Shown: positions 57,718-64,000 of the stretch, in pieces | How the letters are laid out: each line of letters begins with the position of its first letter | Numbering within the stretch: the stretch's first letter is position 1 | Assembly (NCBI GenBank): GCA_030390025.1 | Contig: CM059432.1 | Span: 111,850,001 to 111,914,000, forward strand | Reading direction: 5' to 3' | Length of the DNA: 64,000 bases | From: Squalus acanthias | Lineage: Eukaryota | Made by a program: the position numbers and the translations under genes | The notes under the pieces: model-generated | What the model saw: only the letters and a program-made list of their open reading frames with translations | Databases searched by the model: none | What the model was told of the DNA's origin: nothing

Positions 57718-58329
57718 CTGGCTGCTGTTTATGGGCCAAAAAGGCCCTAAAGCCTGAAAAAAAAAACACCACCAACTTTTTACAAGCTCACATCCAACTC
57801 CCTGCAGTAATCAGGCAACCAGCAGCACCTGCTCACTCCTAGCCCATCCCACCTAGAGAGTGCTACCCACTGAGCCACTGCTGAAACAGGAGGGTAGAGG
57901 GCCTGGGAGCAGGAAGTGTGTTGTACAACTTGAGCAGTAACAATAGGCGGAGGACGAGTGAAAACAAAGGAGAGCTAACAGGACTAGTAACAAGATTATT
58001 GTTAACGTTGCACATGGAGCAATCATAGCTGTATGCAACGAAGGTAGATATCATATAAGTAGATTACCGATAATATTTTAATTTTGAAAAAAAATCCTAC
58101 GGTAGGGAGTGGACAACATCGTTTTATAGTGGGGATTACCCCATAGTTATCACTTTGCTATCTATCCTTCTAAACAATGTGAGCAGTATCACCACAACAC
58201 CAGATATCATGAATATACCTTTATCCTACTTTCTCCTAAAACTTATTCAGAATGATTTCTAAAGGGAGGTTAATTCTCCCCAACCTCCCCCCACTCCCCG
58301 CCTATTATTCTATCTTCCTCATCATCATC

Positions 58330-58725
58330 TGAAGTGGCTGGCCTGTTGAAATATGATTCCACAGGTACTGATTGTCTTTTAGTACCTCATCAAAGTGGTC
58401 ATTATTTATATGTGAACCTGGGCAGTCTATTCAAGCTTGGAGCCATCATGGCCAAACCCATCCATGCCCTGCTCTCACCCAATGTCCATACTTATTAATG
58501 TGCGCATATGAACACACACCCTACCTTCTAGCCAGACTCACTGGGTGGAGTAGAACTCTGGCCAATTTTACCCCCTCTTTAATCCAAGGCACGGAGGCTA
58601 ATTATAGTGCCCCCTACTGCTCCAAAGGGTGAGATCAGTAACTCAGAGATTGAATCTGGGACCATTCTTTTCCATATGGCTCAGTTCCAGATTTGGCAGT
58701 GCACTTATTAACTTAGTCATTCAGG
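58330..58725 (-). mobile_element. Old SINE-like remnant related to 47960-48335
   Basis: Shared blocks CCTACTGCTCCAA.GGGTGAGATCAG.AAC.CAGAGATT and TATGGCTCA. Confidence 0.4.
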
Positions 58726-59836
58726 AATATTCTGGTTATTTTTAACAGCAGTTTTATCTGTAAAATGGTAAACTAGTGTAATAATACATGAATGTTTAGC
58801 TGGTCAAAAGCTTCTAATTAAAGTGGAAGATTTCTTTCAAGTAAAATTGCAGTTACTGAAGAATCCATCATACAGGAGGTAACTTTGATGCCAGACATCA
58901 GTGTGAAGAATGGATCTGCAGGTAAGCTGTACCTTGTGGACAAGCATGCAAAGAGTTTATATGGCTGAGTGAATTCACAAATCATTTGTGTTTATTTTTT
59001 GTACTTAAAGAACACTGGGCCACAGAAGGAAGCCCATGCAAAAAGAATAGGTTCCATATACAATACAGTAACAGTGATGGATTGCATCTGTCTTTTGAGT
59101 CCCGACCTCTGCTGGAGGGATAGTAAGTCAGTGTAGACTAAATTCCCAGCAATCTTCTCAATATGTGCTGAAATCTAATTTATTGCCAGCTGTCTAAAAC
59201 TGAGTTTGCAGCTCTTATTTTACAACTGAACTCATAAGCTGTAGTATCACAACATTTGCCATCAACTAACTCTTCACCTCCTATTGTGGTTAGAAACTGT
59301 GAAATCTTCAATCAGTTCCACAATAAACCCTGCAAACTTCTATCACTTGTATCGCAATCTCTGCTCCAATCACAAGGGACTTTTTCAGTCCTATGGATCT
59401 GTGGTAATCCCAAATTTCTGTGCAGTCGACAGTTCTCTGAATGGCAGATGCTGACTTTCAAATTACTTACCAGAGCTGGAACCTTAATAATTATGTTGTC
59501 AGTTTTGATACATGTGAAAGTCAGTTTTTGGTCAAGGTTCCAATGTCCAGTGTGATATTGAATTGAATGCTCTACCAGCAAGACTGTTTAATGCTTGGAC
59601 AGAATTAGAAATGGGTGGGTGAGCTTAATAATGAGGGAGGCTCCTGACCTGACCTGTTATGATGCCTGATGGGGATGGAAGCCATTCTTTGCAAGCTGGA
59701 GGGAGGGATGGTGGAGATATATGAATTAAATACTGTGGTCTAGAGCATTACTAACATTACATAGTATTATGCAGATTCCATACTGTCTTGTTTATAATCT
59801 GCTCACTTTATGAGCTGAACAGTCTGGAGTGACTAA

Positions 59837-62218
59837 GCAGGAAATTTTAACCTGGAGGATCACATGGGTTTGGGTGCGGGTGGAGGGGGGTTAAAACCGG
59901 CAAAAATGCCAGCGCGTCGGGAAGCCGGCTCTAACCTGCTGACTTCTGGGTTTAACTTGATCGCGTTAGGCTGCTTGCGCGCAACCCCCTCAGGAGAGGC
60001 GGGTTTTTTTTATTACATTTTCTCATACACCCATGTGCATTCCCTTGTGCAACTACAAAGCTTTCCTCTTCCTTTCCCTTTAACTCCCATGTGGTGCAAC
60101 CACTGTGGCCTGAGCTGAGGTAGAGGCAGGCTGCTCAGATCCCTGCCCTGACCACTGAGATGCTCTTGGCCAACGACCTCTTGGTTTTGGAGACAGTGAG
60201 GGCTCCGACAAAGACTGCTCCACCTGCAGCTGTGCAGGGACAAACTCGGCCATCGGGAGACGAAGCATCATGTGTGCTATTGATTGGGGGAGGGCAACGG
60301 ATGAGAAGTGGAAGCACTTTGAGTGGAGTCTCCACTTCCTTATCCCCTTTTGCCATCATCCCTCTCTTGTCCCAGCCACACTTCACTGCTGCCACTGTGC
60401 TGGAGAGCACTTTGGTGCAGATCAGTGCGGCCCTGTTAGGCCAAGGCTGAGGTATCTGTCATCCTATTTAAGGTGGCAGACATGTTGTCATCCAGAGTGT
60501 GCATGGTCAAGGCGGCACGGACTCAGCTGATAGCCATGTTTGATGTTCCACGGAGCCGGCCACTCTCTCCATGGAAGAAGACATCATCGCAATACTCTGC
60601 AACGTCAACCCACTCATGCCTGAGGAGACTCCTCCATTCTCTCTGCAATCATGGTCAGTGTGCTTGGAAGGCCTGTCAGTGCATCGCACATTCTCTGCTG
60701 CTGCTAAATGATTCTCCTCTTCATCGACGGCCCCCATCTGTGTCCAGCTGTGCAGAGCTTGTTGAGGCCTGAGCCCTCCGACGCGGACTCTCCACTGCAG
60801 TCCGTGTCTCCACCATCTACTCTTGCTCCCTCATAATTAAGCTTCATTTCCAATTCTGTTCAAGCATTAAATAGTCTTGCTGGTAGTGGATTCAATTCAA
60901 TATTACACTGGACATTGGAACCTTGACCAAAACTGACTTTCACATGTATCAAAACTGACAACATAATTATTAAGGTTCCAGTTATAAAGTAATTTGAAAG
61001 TCACCAGGTGAAAACCCAACTATCCGCCTACGTGCTTCCACCAAAGTGTGAGTATCTGAGCTGGTGCACAGTCTGCATGAGTCCTGTGACGGTGCACCCT
61101 CAGAAGGACTCAGCTCCTCTGAGGAATCGGTGGCGGCGACCTCCACTGACTCCAGCTGCACGCATGAAAGGCCTGTCGATGATAAAAGACATGAATTAGC
61201 CCTGGCAAGGTAAGAATGTTGCAAGTTATCATTATGAACATGATCATGTTTCACTCGCTGTTGACTGAGAGTCAACGTGACTGAATGCTGTATGACATGT
61301 GGGTCGCTGATATTTAATTGTGTCACCAGATAGCTGGGAGCTCCTTGCATCCCCATCGCCGACCGCCAGGGATGCCAAAATGCCACTTATCTTCAGCGCC
61401 TCCTCCTTTGCACTTAATAGCTGGGAAATCTGTGGAAGACCACCTCCACTTCTCTCCCTCTCCCTCGTGTTCTGTGCTCTCTTGTCCTCTGCAACGTGGG
61501 AAAGAACAGACATATGAGTGAGAGTAATAACACGTGTTGAACGGATGGATGTCATTCATTTGGTGAGGGTGACTATCAGAGGCATGACATTGCATAAGGA
61601 TGAGGGTGAGTTTCAGTGGTGGATGGATAGATGGGGATGTGAGGAAGTGCATAGAAAGAGAAGGATGGGTGCGCCTGCAAGGTAAGTGGGCGTGAGGAGT
61701 GATGTGCTGGAGTAGGCTTGAGAAGACAGAGTGAGGGGGTGGGGTGATGCACACAGCAAGATGTAGGTGAATGTGCAATTGTACTCACCTTTCCTGACCT
61801 GGTTAGGTCATTAAACGCTTCCTGCACTGAATCCAGGAGTGTGGCCACCTCCAACCATGCCTTCTTTGTGGCAGCAGCAGGTTTCATTGTCCTGTTACTG
61901 GGGAAGAGAATCTCTCTCCGACTCCTCACTGCCCCCGGCAGCACATGAAGGGAGGCGTCATTGAAACGTGTTGCAGCCTTTGCCCATCTCACATCCATCA
62001 TTTAACTTCCTGTTCCTTTGTTGCAAACTCCAACACCTCCAAACTGCATCTTCAGATTGACCCTTTAAATCCTGGAGTTGAGATTGCACCATGCAGGTCC
62101 TCATCTCGCCCGCTGCCGGCTGAGTTAAAAAGCCACTGACAGACCCGCTGAACTTACCTCCGGGTTTCTCGCACGATATCGGATCCTCCTACTCTCAACA
62201 CGAGTAAATAGCGAGGCC
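59837..62218 (+). mobile_element. Decayed non-autonomous Harbinger retaining only a MADF pseudogene (minus strand)
   Basis: TAA on both sides (59834-59836, 62219-62221); left end similar to 1121 and 37096; RFNDASLHVL...KKAW.EV...FNDLTRSGK|gtgagt; exon layout parallels Harbinger-A; no transposase. Confidence 0.72.
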
Positions 62219-62269
62219 TAAGTTACAGCACTTACGGCCATTAGTTATTTTATTTACACAATTTAATTC

Positions 62270-62690
62270 AGATACAAAGAGAGAGACTGGAGAAGCTGGG
62301 GTTGTTCTCTTTAGAGCAGAGAAAGTTAAAGGGAGATTTAATAGAGGTGTTCAAAATCATGAAGGGTTTTGATAGAGTAAATAAGGAGAAACTGTTTCCA
62401 CTGGCAGAAGGGTTGGTAACCAGAGGGCCCAGATTTAAGGTGATTGGCAAAAGAACCAGAGACTGTGTAAACATTTTACACAGCGAGTTGTATGATCTGG
62501 AATGCACTGTCTGAAAGGGTGGTGGAAGCAAATACAAAGGTAACGTTCAAAAGGGAATTGGATAAATATTAGAAGGGAAAAACTTTGCAAGGCTATGGAG
62601 AACGAGCAGGGGAGTGGGACTAGTTGGATAACTCTACCAAAGAGCTGGCACGATGGGCCCAATGGCCTCCTTCTGTGCTGTATGATTCTA
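62270..62690 (+). mobile_element. CR1 3' end
   Basis: LFSLEQRKLKGDLIEVFKIMKGFD; terminal motif AATGGCCTCCTTCTGTGCTGTATGATTCTA; tail resumes at ~63526. Confidence 0.88.
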
Positions 62691-63525
62691 GGGCCGCGAT
62701 CGTACCTCTGGAGACATGTTGGAGGCGGGACTTCTGGTTTCCAGGTTTCAGTCCCGCCCCCAGCGACGTCTGATGAACCCCCACTATTTTCCCTTGATTG
62801 GCCTTGTTAAGCCCGCCCTGCGGGCTTAGCCGGCAGATTAAGGGGAAGCCGGTGACAGATGATGTCAGCGTATGATGCTTCATCTGTCGAAAAAATTTTG
62901 ACAGATGAATTGTCAGCGTTTGACAGCTTTGAGAAGCTGTCAAACACTGACAATCTCTGTTCTAAGGTGAGCCCTTGCACACAGGCACAGCAAGACCTCT
63001 CTCCTCAGCAGAAAGCAGATGGCTGCTGCATCTGAGAATGCAGCAGCCATTCTGTCATCTCTGCCATTGAGATGAGGCACCTCCGGATCCCCAAGGGTTG
63101 AAGCCTGCAGAAACAAACAAAGGTAAGGAAACTTTTTCCAACACTTTACACTCACCTCTCATACTTACCTGTCTACACTTGCACCCATCACTCACCTCTA
63201 CAGCGGACATTTTACCCCTCCCACCCACTGCTCAATTGCTGACCCTGGCGAGGTTCACAGCCGTCGGGAAGCCCGCACTTGCAGGGGTAAAATGGGGAAA
63301 AGCCTCAAAACTGCCTGTTAACTACCTGTTAACAGGCAGTTAATTGGCTCTAATCCCCTTCTTGCCTCGAGGAGACGGGTCCCTGCGTGAGTTGGGGACC
63401 CGCCTCCCGGGAAGATGGTTCGGAGGCAGGTTGGGAGTGGGGTTGGGACCCGCTCCCAATTTTTCCCATTTTGCCAGCAGTCCCGCCTCCAAACCCGCCT
63501 CCTCAGGGCTGGTAAAATCCAGCCC
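62691..63525 (-). mobile_element. Harbinger-type MITE inserted in the CR1 tail
   Basis: Ends GGGCCGCGAT / AAAATCCAGCCC; 3-bp TSD ambiguous by one base (CTA, or TAG/TAT); right end homologous to the starts at 37096 and 1121. Confidence 0.78.
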
Positions 63526-63852
63526 TATGAGTCTATGTCTGTTTTAATTTATCAGTGACAGGAATTACATTGTGCAGTAGATGAACTATCATTATTAACT
63601 GCAAAGTATAGTTCTAATGTTACAGTCTCACCCCAACCGTTCAATAGCTTCTTTTCTGCAGTAGATGACTCCATTCTGTACAGGTTCAAAACCAACTGAC
63701 AAAGTAGAGGCAATTGATCGCCTATTGTATTCATGAGTTCACTGTGAGCTGAACTCAGATTTTGCATGTAAACAGGAGAAAGGAGAATTCTGTTCAGGAT
63801 GAGACCAGCAGTAAGCACACATTAGGATAAAGGGAATCCTTCAAGAAAGTAA

Positions 63853-64000
63853 GGGGGAAAAATTCAGTTGCTTTGCACCTCCCGTTAGCACCCTAAGAGG
63901 GTGCAAAGCAACTAGCGCCCGGGCGTGGCGATGTTTGCGCCGCTCGCGAAATTGACCAGACATTTTGCGGTGGCGCTAAACACTACCGCCACGATCTCCT
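63853..64000 (+). mobile_element. Harbinger-B-related MITE, left end (cut by the window edge)
   Basis: TAA followed by GGGGGAAAAATTCAGTTG...; matches the left ends of the 29383 and 49257 copies. Confidence 0.88.

Larger units (their letters stand above)
51191..57856 (-). mobile_element. Full-length Tx1/L1-clade non-LTR retrotransposon, decayed
   Basis: 14-15-bp TSD AGAGTGCTACCCAC(T) (51177-51190, 57857-57870); AATAAA at 51211-51206 and a short A tail; ORF1 and ORF2 both present. Confidence 0.93.
50735..57883 (-). mobile_element. tRNA-derived Deu-domain SINE (SacSINE1-like), split by the Tx1 insertion
   Basis: A box TGGCTCAGTGG (57877-57867); B box GGTTCAAGTCC (51152-51142); central GAGGTGCCGTCTTTCAGATGAGATGTTAAACCGAGGCCCCGTCTGC block; L2-type tail ending (CTTT)n. 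Family name is from recollection, not a search. Confidence 0.8.

Noticed and set aside
51140..57883. tRNA gene
   Set aside because: The A and B boxes belong to a SINE head continuous with a SINE body and L2-type tail; no full cloverleaf is evident.
58840..58927. Possible host exon (TTGCAG...CAG|GTAAGC); a similar candidate lies at ~35400-35435
   Set aside because: Only splice-like motifs; no recognisable protein similarity or partner exons. RNA-seq would be needed.

Overview
A 64-kb stretch of vertebrate genomic DNA made almost entirely of nested transposable elements. The repeat types (CR1 LINEs with 8-bp tandem tails, a Deu-domain tRNA SINE with an L2-type tail, GC-rich Harbingers) point to a cartilaginous fish; that is an inference. 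No host protein-coding exon can be supported. Main contents: (1) a five-layer nest at 233-11950 (CR1 > Harbinger-A > CR1 > Penelope-like fold-back element > intact Harbinger-B, which has a DDE transposase and a 3-exon Myb/SANT(MADF) gene); (2) five ~0.9-kb MITE relatives of Harbinger-B (one cut by the window edge), two of them forming a 1.8-kb quasi-palindrome; (3) a 2.7-kb minisatellite of 21-bp GC-box units; (4) a 1.35-kb solo LTR and an internally deleted tRNA-Trp-primed Gypsy; (5) an intact Gypsy with identical LTRs, a YLDN RT motif and no tRNA PBS, whose PBS position is complementary to its own LTR (candidate self-priming); (6) two Penelope-type minimal hammerhead ribozymes; (7) an RTE LINE with a twin-priming-like 5' inversion; (8) a full-length decayed Tx1/L1 element inserted in the tRNA head of a SINE; (9) many CR1/L2 fragments and decayed Harbingers. 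Coordinates, TSDs and splice sites were read by eye; no database search was run.
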